A DNA stretch of 64,000 bases. Origin: Candidatus Woesearchaeota archaeon. GTDB taxonomy: Archaea > Nanobdellota > Nanobdellia > Pacearchaeales > GW2011-AR1. Positions 29,560 through 37,398 of the stretch are shown here, piece after piece. A program made the translations under genes and the position numbers. The stretch is taken from assembly GCA_964466575.1 (NCBI GenBank), contig CAYXNP010000002.1, positions 30,913-94,912 of the forward strand, given 5' to 3'. Within the stretch, counting starts at the first letter, position 1; the number at the start of each line of letters is the position of its first letter. The notes under the pieces were generated by a model. It was not told where the DNA came from and did not search any database. It saw only the letters and a program-made list of their open reading frames with translations.

Positions 29560-30342
29560 ATGGATGTACAAATAAAAAAAACAATTAAGGCAGGAAATTC
29601 TTCGGCAGTTGTGCTTCCAAGAGCATGGTTGAACAAGGAAGTAAGAATTGAGTTGGTAAAAAAAACACCAGAAATAATATTATATGATGTGCTTGAAATC
29701 TTAAAAAAGAACATTGATTTAGCATCAGTTATAGGCGTGTATTTAGTTGGAAGTTATGCAAGAGGAGAAGAAAACGAAAATAGCGACATAGATGTTTTAG
29801 TTATAACAAAAGCTATTGATAAAGAGATGATTAGCGAAGGAATATATAATTTATTAATAATCTCTCAGGAATTATTGCTTCAGAAATTAAACCATGACTT
29901 GTTTCCAATTGGACAGATGATAAAGGAGGCCGAGCCGCTCTTAAATTCCAACTATCTAAGCAGCATAGATGTTAAAGTAACTCAAAAAAATGTAAAATGG
30001 TATTTAGATACAACTAAAGAAAAATTAGAAATAATTCAGAAATATATTGAAGAGGCTAAAAGAAAAAATAAGAAATACCTTGAGGATAAAATTGCATATA
30101 CTCTTATCTTGAGAATACGGACACTTGAAATAATAAAAAATCTGGCAAAAAACAAGGATTACTCCAACAAAGATTTTTTGAGATTAATAAAAAGAATTTC
30201 AAATGGAAAGAACGTTTATGAAAGATATTTGGTTGTTAAAAACAACATGGAAGAAAAGAATGGAATAAGTATAGAAGAAGCTGAAAAATTATATGAATAT
30301 CTAAAAAAAGATTTGATTAAGGTTATTGGGATGGTGAGGTGA
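29560..30342 (+). CDS. AbrB/DUF2080-like DNA-binding domain fused to a nucleotidyltransferase
   Basis: KAGNSSAVVLPRAW (AbrB-like); GSYARGE...SDIDVLV (NTase GS...DxD). Confidence 0.8.
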   Translation: MDVQIKKTIKAGNSSAVVLPRAWLNKEVRIELVKKTPEIILYDVLEILKKNIDLASVIGVYLVGSYARGEENENSDIDVLVITKAIDKEMISEGIYNLLIISQELLLQKLNHDLFPIGQMIKEAEPLLNSNYLSSIDVKVTQKNVKWYLDTTKEKLEIIQKYIEEAKRKNKKYLEDKIAYTLILRIRTLEIIKNLAKNKDYSNKDFLRLIKRISNGKNVYERYLVVKNNMEEKNGISIEEAEKLYEYLKKDLIKVIGMVR

Positions 30343-30373
30343 AAAGGGGGAGTGAAAATTGTCTTTGGGAGGA

Positions 30374-30394
30374 ATAGAAAACCCTAAAAACTCT
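30374..30394 (+). promoter_or_regulatory. BRE/TATA-like promoter of the ParB-SNF2 island
   Basis: ATAGAAAACCCTAAAAACTCT; CCTAAAAA begins 29 nt before ATG 30412. Confidence 0.6.
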
Positions 30395-30411
30395 TTAAAC
30401 CCTTATAATCT

Positions 30412-31461
30412 ATGAGTAAAAGATATAAAATAGTTAAAAAAGAACAAGAAGGATTTAGACATAAAATCCCTATAGCTGGTGAAATGATCGAAGTATTAAG
30501 AGATGATTTAGATATCGACAAGATAAACTTAGACCCAGAAAATCCCCGTATTGGTTATTGGTCAGATAATCAGATCAAAAAAGAATTTTCACAAGATGAA
30601 ATAGCCTTTGCACTAAGGGAAAAATCAGATGATGTAAACCGATTGAAACTAAGTATAGAAATACATGAAGGAATAATGAATCCTATATGGATCTATAAAA
30701 AAGAGGGAAAATTTTTAGTGATAGATGGAAATACTCGTTTAGAAATCTTTAAGGATCTTAGAAGAAAATATCCTAATAAAGATAATTACAAGAAGATACC
30801 TTGTGAGATTCTTCCTGAGAATGTTGGAGAAAAGGTTAAAAATTTTATAAGACTTATGCAACATTTAAGGGGAGTTAATGATTGGGAAGTTTATGAAAGG
30901 GCAAGAATGTTATATATTTTATGGGACAAAAGAGGCTATACTGAAGAGGAATTGCAAAGCCAAACAAAACTTAATAAAAGTCAAATTAGGAGATGGATAG
31001 AGGCTTATAAAAATATGACTGAACAATTCCTTCCAGAATATGGATCACAAAATGATGCTTTGAGTAAATTTTCTTATTTTGTTGAATATGAAAATCCAAA
31101 AATTAAACAAGGTATGGAAGAAATTAAATTATCGATAAAAGATTTTTGTAAGTGGGTTGGTCTATCAGAAATTAAACGGGCACAAGATGTAAGAAATATC
31201 AAAAAAATATTCGAAGATAAAAAATCAACAGAAATATTAGTTAGAAGGGGATATAAATGTGCAATTGAAGAACTAAGTGTAGTAAAACCCGAAATTTCTT
31301 CTAAACTCTTTGAAGCAATAGAAGAGGTTTTAGATGGATTAAAAGAGATGACTCGAATGGAGGAGGAGGAAATAACCGATGGGGATTCTCCCCAAAAAAG
31401 AATTTTAATTAAGAATCTTTCTTTAGAACTTGAGAAAATGATAAATAAGTTCAAAGAGTAA
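30412..31461 (+). CDS. ParB/Srx-like N-terminal domain protein with HTH (paralog A)
   Basis: LDPENPRI, GIMNPI, VIDGNTRL, helical HTH-like segment. Confidence 0.8.
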   Translation: MSKRYKIVKKEQEGFRHKIPIAGEMIEVLRDDLDIDKINLDPENPRIGYWSDNQIKKEFSQDEIAFALREKSDDVNRLKLSIEIHEGIMNPIWIYKKEGKFLVIDGNTRLEIFKDLRRKYPNKDNYKKIPCEILPENVGEKVKNFIRLMQHLRGVNDWEVYERARMLYILWDKRGYTEEELQSQTKLNKSQIRRWIEAYKNMTEQFLPEYGSQNDALSKFSYFVEYENPKIKQGMEEIKLSIKDFCKWVGLSEIKRAQDVRNIKKIFEDKKSTEILVRRGYKCAIEELSVVKPEISSKLFEAIEEVLDGLKEMTRMEEEEITDGDSPQKRILIKNLSLELEKMINKFKE

Positions 31462-31462
31462 A

Positions 31463-31894
31463 ATGGCAACATCTAACTCCCATCAATTAATTCTTGGTTT
31501 AATAGCAAGAAGAATGAGAGAAAAGGGATATCTTGTTATTAGTTTTGATGGTCATGAATCTTTGATTGGAGATTTGTCATTAAATGCTCCAAAAAAAATA
31601 AAGAGACATAAGCCAGATTTGATCGGTATAAACTTGGAAGACAAAAGAATTTGTATTGGTGAGGCCAAAACTTCTTCCGATTTAAATTCAAAGAGAACTA
31701 AAGAACAATTCTTAGACTTTTCTTGTTTAATGACTAAATCTCAAAGATTATGTGAATTAATCATCGGAATCCCAAAATCATCAGAAAAGGAATTATTATA
31801 TCTGCTACAAAACTTAAAACTTTTAAATAAATCCAATATTTCCTATATCTGGATGCCTGATGATTTATTAGTTGAGGAAGAGAATGGAATTTAA
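31463..31894 (+). CDS. Small PD-(D/E)XK restriction-endonuclease-fold protein
   Basis: KPDLIG...IGEAKT. Confidence 0.7.
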   Translation: MATSNSHQLILGLIARRMREKGYLVISFDGHESLIGDLSLNAPKKIKRHKPDLIGINLEDKRICIGEAKTSSDLNSKRTKEQFLDFSCLMTKSQRLCELIIGIPKSSEKELLYLLQNLKLLNKSNISYIWMPDDLLVEEENGI

Positions 31895-33311
31895 TTTTTC
31901 TTCAAAGACTTTAGCCATGCCCCATCAAATAGAAGCAATAGAATTTATTAAAGGTAATAAAAGCCTAGCGTTGTTTGATGAACAGGGTTTAGGTAAGAGC
32001 AAGATTGTTATATCTGCTCTTTGTGAAGACTTAAAGAATAAGATTATTGATTCGGTTTTGATTTTATGTAAAAAAACATTAGTGAAAACTTGGAAAAACG
32101 AGTTGCTAAAACATTCTTATCTAAAAACAAATGTTATTGTAGGGTCTAAGCAAAATAGGGGGAGATCTTTTATGCATTTTTCTCATTTTCATATTATAAA
32201 CTATGATTCTTTTGTTCAGGAGTTAGATAAAATTAAGCTTTTTTTAGGATTATATAAATTTGCAATTATTCTTGATGAATCACAAGTAATTAAAAATCCA
32301 TCGTCAAGAATAACAAAATCAGTTTTAGATATTAAGGATCTAGGGGTCAAAAGAATAATTATTACAGGTACTCCTATTGCAAACAAGCCAGAGGATTTGT
32401 GGTCTCAGTTTTATTTTTTGGATAACGGGGAAACACTAGGGAAAGATTTTAAGGAGTTTCAGAAAAAGTTTCGAATACAATTAAAAGGTGAAACTTCTTT
32501 AAAAAAATATGAAAACATTTTAGATTCAATTAAGCAAAAGATAAACAAAATATCAATTAGAAGAACAAAAAATGTCCTAGAATTACCAGAAAAATTATAT
32601 CGTGAAGTTTTTGTAGTTCTTGAGAAAGAACAAAAAAGAATGTATGAAAAATTAAGGGGGGAATTATACTTAGAACTTAAAGATATTGATGACAATTTAA
32701 TATTAGAAAAAATAGATAATTACCTAGTTAAATTATTGAGATTAACTCAAATAGCAAGTAACCCTTCACTTTTAGAAGAAGGATATAAAGATACGCCTGC
32801 AAAATTTAAAGAACTAGACAAATTAATAAAAGATATTCTAGATAAAAATGAAAAAGTCATAATTTGGACAAGTTTTAGAGGAAATATAAGAACTCTAAGA
32901 AAAAGGTATCAGGATTATGGAGCTCTTATGCTCTTTGGAGAAATTCCAATGGCTGAAAGAGATGATATCATAGAAAAGTTTATGCAAAATCTAGAAATTA
33001 AGATATTAATAGCTAATCCATCTGCCGCAAAAGACGGGTTGACTCTTACATCAGCGAATAATGTCATATATCTTGATAGAAGTTTTAAAATGGACGATTA
33101 TCTTCAATCGCAAGATCGCATACATAGGATAGGTCAACAAAAAAAGTGTCAGATTATTAAATTAATAGCAAAAGATACTATCGACGAATATACTGATGAA
33201 ATACTTGAAAAGAAACATTTATTAGCACAATTTGCTCTTGGAGATACAGATCATATTCATGAAAGAAATAAATTTTTAACTAAGGACGAGCTACTAAAGA
33301 TTTTAGGATAA
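31884..33311 (+). CDS. Stand-alone SNF2-family ATPase/helicase
   Basis: DEQGLGKS, DESQ, TGTP, QSQDRIHRIGQ; ATG at 31884 overlaps the upstream gene end. Confidence 0.92.
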   Translation: MEFNFSSKTLAMPHQIEAIEFIKGNKSLALFDEQGLGKSKIVISALCEDLKNKIIDSVLILCKKTLVKTWKNELLKHSYLKTNVIVGSKQNRGRSFMHFSHFHIINYDSFVQELDKIKLFLGLYKFAIILDESQVIKNPSSRITKSVLDIKDLGVKRIIITGTPIANKPEDLWSQFYFLDNGETLGKDFKEFQKKFRIQLKGETSLKKYENILDSIKQKINKISIRRTKNVLELPEKLYREVFVVLEKEQKRMYEKLRGELYLELKDIDDNLILEKIDNYLVKLLRLTQIASNPSLLEEGYKDTPAKFKELDKLIKDILDKNEKVIIWTSFRGNIRTLRKRYQDYGALMLFGEIPMAERDDIIEKFMQNLEIKILIANPSAAKDGLTLTSANNVIYLDRSFKMDDYLQSQDRIHRIGQQKKCQIIKLIAKDTIDEYTDEILEKKHLLAQFALGDTDHIHERNKFLTKDELLKILG

Positions 33312-33315
33312 GAAT

Positions 33316-34431
33316 ATGGAAGAAAAAAATTATATTAATCTAGGAGGAGAAAAAATTCTCGTAAAGACTGAAATGATAGATATTTTTAAATTGAAGTATT
33401 ATCCAGAGAATCCGAGAATACTATCTATTATAAAACAAAATCCAGAAATCAAAAAGGACGAAAAGCTAATAGAAGAAAAGTTGTGGGATGATGATGATAC
33501 CCATAAATTATTTCGAAGTATAGAACACCATGGCGGATTAATAAATCCAATAATAGTGCATGATAATTATGTTCTTGAAGGGAATACTAGATTGTGTTGT
33601 TTTAGAAGATTATATGCGCAAAATAAAGAAGATAAGTGGAAATTTATTAGATGTGAGGTTTTATTAATAAAAAAATTACCAAAAGAAAAAATAGATATAT
33701 TATTAGGAAATGAGCATATAATAGGCAAAATAGAATGGAATACTTATGAAAAGGGGTGTTGGATGACAAAGATGTTGAAAGAAGATGATTATGGTATAGA
33801 TAAGATCAAGGAAATAGTTGGTAATTCTGAAATATGGATCAAACAGCAGATCTCAGCTTATGAAATTATGGTAAAAGAAAAAATAAATGATAATAAAAAG
33901 TTTAGCCACCTCGTTCAATTAGTCTCAAATGATCAGATTAGACAAATAGAAAAAAATAAAGACCCTAAAATAAAAGAGAAGATCATTAAGGCTATTAAAA
34001 ATGACCAATTTAAAACTGCGCATGATATACGTAAAATTCCCGTAGTTTATGAAGACAAGGAATCCAGAAAAAGGCTTTTTGAATATGGTGAATCTATTGA
34101 GCAGATATTTTATGACTTAAAATCTGAACATCCAACTCGTGGTTCTCCATTTATTCGTGTAGTTGAAGATTTAACGCAAAGAGCTAGCGAATTAACTAGA
34201 AAAGAAAGAGCAGAAATAGCAGAAGATATAGCACAAAAGGATAAAATAAAAAGATTAGCATGCGAATTAAAGAAACTCTGTTCAGAATTAAAAAAAGAGG
34301 GTTTATCTAAAATAGATGAGAAAATAAGAGGGATAAAAATACTAAAAATTGTTGGAAAAGCTAAAGAAGAGGATTTAAAAAAATTGGAAAGAGAAAAAGA
34401 AAATTTGGAAAAAGAAGAGTTTTTGGAATAG
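33316..34431 (+). CDS. ParB/Srx-like N-terminal domain protein (paralog B)
   Basis: YPENPRI, GLINPI, LEGNTRL, WNTYEK; colinear with paralog A. Confidence 0.8.
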   Translation: MEEKNYINLGGEKILVKTEMIDIFKLKYYPENPRILSIIKQNPEIKKDEKLIEEKLWDDDDTHKLFRSIEHHGGLINPIIVHDNYVLEGNTRLCCFRRLYAQNKEDKWKFIRCEVLLIKKLPKEKIDILLGNEHIIGKIEWNTYEKGCWMTKMLKEDDYGIDKIKEIVGNSEIWIKQQISAYEIMVKEKINDNKKFSHLVQLVSNDQIRQIEKNKDPKIKEKIIKAIKNDQFKTAHDIRKIPVVYEDKESRKRLFEYGESIEQIFYDLKSEHPTRGSPFIRVVEDLTQRASELTRKERAEIAEDIAQKDKIKRLACELKKLCSELKKEGLSKIDEKIRGIKILKIVGKAKEEDLKKLEREKENLEKEEFLE

Positions 34432-34455
34432 GATTCTTGTTTAATTAATCACCCT

Positions 34456-34488
34456 AAAGTGATCAGAGATCTTTAAAAAGATCACTTT
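34456..34488 (+). promoter_or_regulatory. Palindromic operator AAAGTGATC-N15-GATCACTTT around TATA box TTTAAAAA
   Basis: Perfect 9-bp inverted repeat; TATA at 34472, ATG at 34502; three GATC within 23 bp. Confidence 0.65.
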
Positions 34489-34501
34489 CTTTATACTTTT
34501 A

Positions 34502-35842
34502 ATGAAAAAAAGAGTATTACTTGTTGAGCCAGACTTTCCTTATCCTAATAGATCTAAAAATAGGGCAAATGATATTCATAAAAATTTTGTTCCAATTGGA
34601 TTATTAAAATTAGGTTCATTAAACAAGGCGAAGGGCAATTCAGTCAAACTAGTGAGGGGAAAAGTAAAGAAAGAAGAAATTGGTTTTATTCCAGATGAAA
34701 TTTTAATTACATCAATGTTTACTTATTGGTCAAATTATGTATGGGGGTGTGTTGAACATTATAGAAATTTATTTCCAAAAAAAAATATTTGGATTGGAGG
34801 GATTTATGTTACATTACACCATAACCAAGAAAAATTTAAGGATTTAACAAAAAGAAATAAAGTTAAATTTTTTGTAGGGGTTCATAATGAAGCAGAGAAT
34901 TTTTTACCTGATTATAGTTTAATTCCTCCCGTAGAATATCATGCAACCCATATTATGAGGGGATGTATAAGAAAATGTGATTTTTGTGGTGTTTGGAAGT
35001 TAGAACCAAAACTTAGTTTTAAAACATTAGAACAACTAAAAAAAGAATTAGATGGTGTTGGCAAGAATAATGTAATCTTTTTTGATAATAATTTCTTTGC
35101 AAATCCAAAGATTAAGGATATTCTAAAAAATCTAGCAGAGATAAGAATAAATGGTAAGCCAGTAACTTTTGAATCACAAAGTGGATTTGATGGTAGATTA
35201 CTAGAAAAAGATCCAGAACTCGCCATCCTGTTGAAGAAAGCAAGATTCAATAATGTGAGGATTGCATGGGATAATAGTGTTAAAGATAAAAAATCAATTA
35301 AAAAGCAAATTGATTTACTTAAGAGTGCGGAATATCCTTTAAAAGATATTTCTATTTTCATGATATATAATTTTGATGTTCCCTATGAAGAAATGATTAA
35401 AAAGTTAAATTTATGTAAAAAATGGGGTGTGCAAATAATAGATTGCAGATATAGGCCATTAGATTTAGATTATGATAATTATAGCCCCCACATGAGAAAA
35501 GGTCAACCAGAAGGAAGTTTTTACATTCACAAAAAAGCTGGCTGGACTGATAAAAAAATTAGGGATTTTAGAAGAAAGGTCCGGCAACAAAATATGGAAA
35601 TTAGATATGCTAATGGGGGAAAATATGATAAAAATATGGAAAAATGGAGTGCGATTCATAATACTTATAAATTTTTTAAATTAGGTCCACCACCCCTTTT
35701 AGAAAAAATTGATAAAAGTGACAAATTAAAAAAAAGGATCTTAATGTTAAACAAATTAAAGAATGATTATAAAAAGAAAGGAATTGGGAAAAAAGATTTA
35801 AGCAAGCTTTCTAAAAAAGAATTGGATGAATTTATTGGTTGA
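34502..35842 (+). CDS. Radical SAM protein with a B12-binding-like N-terminus (divergent from the glycan-locus paralogs)
   Basis: LLVEP...PIGLLKL, RGCIRKCDFC, FFDNNF, GFD.RL. Confidence 0.85.
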   Translation: MKKRVLLVEPDFPYPNRSKNRANDIHKNFVPIGLLKLGSLNKAKGNSVKLVRGKVKKEEIGFIPDEILITSMFTYWSNYVWGCVEHYRNLFPKKNIWIGGIYVTLHHNQEKFKDLTKRNKVKFFVGVHNEAENFLPDYSLIPPVEYHATHIMRGCIRKCDFCGVWKLEPKLSFKTLEQLKKELDGVGKNNVIFFDNNFFANPKIKDILKNLAEIRINGKPVTFESQSGFDGRLLEKDPELAILLKKARFNNVRIAWDNSVKDKKSIKKQIDLLKSAEYPLKDISIFMIYNFDVPYEEMIKKLNLCKKWGVQIIDCRYRPLDLDYDNYSPHMRKGQPEGSFYIHKKAGWTDKKIRDFRRKVRQQNMEIRYANGGKYDKNMEKWSAIHNTYKFFKLGPPPLLEKIDKSDKLKKRILMLNKLKNDYKKKGIGKKDLSKLSKKELDEFIG

Positions 35843-35908
35843 TTTTGGGAAGCGATAAGACTCCCTAAGAAGATCTAAGCAATTTCAACAATTCTTTCTA
35901 AAATTTAA

Positions 35909-36064
35909 TCAAATAAAATATCTAGCAAGCCATCCAACTTGTAACAGGACTCCTAAAAACAAAAGCATACCTGCTCCTGCAATTCCCAATAACCAACCAA
36001 TGCCTCCAAATGCAAGCAAAATTGATGGTGGATTTTTTGCAATTATATAAATTAATGTATTCAT
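35909..36064 (-). CDS. 51-aa hydrophobic membrane peptide (not in the ORF track)
   Basis: GGAGG 11 nt before ATG; MNTLIYIIAKNPPSILLAFGGIGWLLGIAGAGMLLFLGVLLQVGWLARYFI*. Confidence 0.7.
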   Translation of the reverse strand: MNTLIYIIAKNPPSILLAFGGIGWLLGIAGAGMLLFLGVLLQVGWLARYFI

Positions 36065-36254
36065 CTTATTCTAAACCTCCTTATACCTATCTACTCTTCT
36101 CAAGAATTCTCGAGTTTCGACCGAGTAAGCCGACCCCTTTTTTATTGAACAAAAACAAACAAATAAAAATTTCTAGACCTTCAGAAATTAATACATACAA
36201 ATAATTTGCATAGGAATGTTATATGTTCCCCAATCCTTTCCCCAACCCCCACAC

Positions 36255-36285
36255 CCACTCAACTCCTCCCCAACCTATAACTTCC
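36255..36285. repeat. 31-bp direct repeat, copy 1
   Basis: CCACTCAACTCCTCCCCAACCTATAACTTCC, identical at 37103-37133. Confidence 0.95.
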
Positions 36286-36312
36286 ATCCTTCGGCAAATC
36301 TTTTATTTTCAT
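36259..36312 (-). pseudogene. 17-codon remnant starting like RadC (MKIKDLPK), fused to the repeat
   Basis: ATG AAA ATA AAA GAT TTG CCG AAG GAT, then the repeat-encoded GSYRLGRS*. Confidence 0.35.
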
Positions 36313-36356
36313 CCTCTTCTCAAGAACTCTTCAATTATTAATATTTCTATATCCAA

Positions 36357-36713
36357 TCACTCACTAGAAAGTATCAAAGGACTGACGTATTCAGATTTTC
36401 TTAATGGTGGCATCGGTTGAACGAATTGCTTGCCTTTAGATTTCAGATTAACTAAAATTATCCATTGATTTCTAAATGATTTATAATCTAACCAAGCTTC
36501 ATCAAGTTGAGAAAGAAATTCCCTATCTATTTCTGAATTGAACGCTCCTAAAAACTCACTGGCATCCATAATTTCTATTCCATTAACTCTTTCATCTTTA
36601 TCTAAATCCAAAACAATATTCTCTGATACCTCTACACTTTCTTCCACACCTCTGTCAGAATTATAAATAGCTAAAATATCGTACTCATCATCATATAAAA
36701 ATTTGTATACCAT
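36357..36713 (-). CDS. DUF2283-like protein (putative antitoxin)
   Basis: YDDEYDILAIY...ESVEV...LDLDKD..VNGIEI.DAS. Confidence 0.75.
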   Translation of the reverse strand: MVYKFLYDDEYDILAIYNSDRGVEESVEVSENIVLDLDKDERVNGIEIMDASEFLGAFNSEIDREFLSQLDEAWLDYKSFRNQWIILVNLKSKGKQFVQPMPPLRKSEYVSPLILSSE

Positions 36714-36731
36714 AATTTTATTCAATATTCT

Positions 36732-37058
36732 TTAATTTATAAATCTTTTTTTCTTGTATTTTAATAAAGTTTTTCTTCCCAAAGGATAGGCAGTTATAAT
36801 CCTTATCTTATCTAAGAAAGTAATAGCATATACACGACCTTTCTTTTTTGAGTAAGCATAAAACAAAGCATATCTTATTTCATTAGTTTTATATTGCTTT
36901 TCTGTAAATATCAAGTCTTTATTAAGAAATAAATCCTCTATAATCTCTTCTTTGGTTGCACTTATTCTCTCTAAAAGGTAATTCTCATCCTTGCCAAAAA
37001 TAACCTCTTTATCAGAATATTTTTTGAGCAATTCTTTAACCTCTTTAGTGTAGTCCAT
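36732..37058 (-). CDS. DUF4258/BrnT-like putative toxin
   Basis: Small basic ORF with RIITAYP, directly upstream of the DUF2283-like gene. Confidence 0.6.
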   Translation of the reverse strand: MDYTKEVKELLKKYSDKEVIFGKDENYLLERISATKEEIIEDLFLNKDLIFTEKQYKTNEIRYALFYAYSKKKGRVYAITFLDKIRIITAYPLGRKTLLKYKKKRFIN

Positions 37059-37102
37059 TAATGAATGTGTTTATTAATATATTAAAGTCTTTTCCTCTAT
37101 CA

Positions 37103-37133
37103 CCACTCAACTCCTCCCCAACCTATAACTTCC
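37103..37133. repeat. 31-bp direct repeat, copy 2 (contains the 3' end and stop of 37107-37316)
   Basis: Identical to 36255-36285. Confidence 0.95.
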
Positions 37134-37316
37134 TTCTTCTTTCTCCTCCCTATAACCCGGATCTTGAACTTCCCTCATATGTTGTATCTTTTCACTTCCG
37201 CAGATGCTGCATTTGTAAATGTCGAAGACTTTAATGCCGTCTTGTAAAGCAGGCTCGACATATTCATGGAGTGTTTGCTTCCGATATGTTATGCAAAATA
37301 ATTCTTCTAGATTCAT
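37107..37316 (-). CDS. Small hypothetical protein, possible Zn ribbon
   Basis: 69 aa with CSICG. Confidence 0.55.
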   Translation of the reverse strand: MNLEELFCITYRKQTLHEYVEPALQDGIKVFDIYKCSICGSEKIQHMREVQDPGYREEKEEGSYRLGRS

Positions 37317-37398
37317 TTTATTATAGTAAAATCAAAACTTTAAGAAATTATTGCTTATTTTAAGATTATTATCAGTCTCAATGTTGAGTTTAAATTAA

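Noticed and set aside
30412..34431. ParABS partition or prophage module
   Set aside because: No ParA, replication, integrase or virion genes nearby.
34502..35842. Prokaryotic viperin
   Set aside because: Longer than viperins, has a B12-binding-like N-terminus, and I see no viperin-like motifs.
36010..36420. Plus-strand ORFs 36010-36204 and 36223-36420
   Set aside because: No recognisable motifs; they overlap better-supported minus-strand features.
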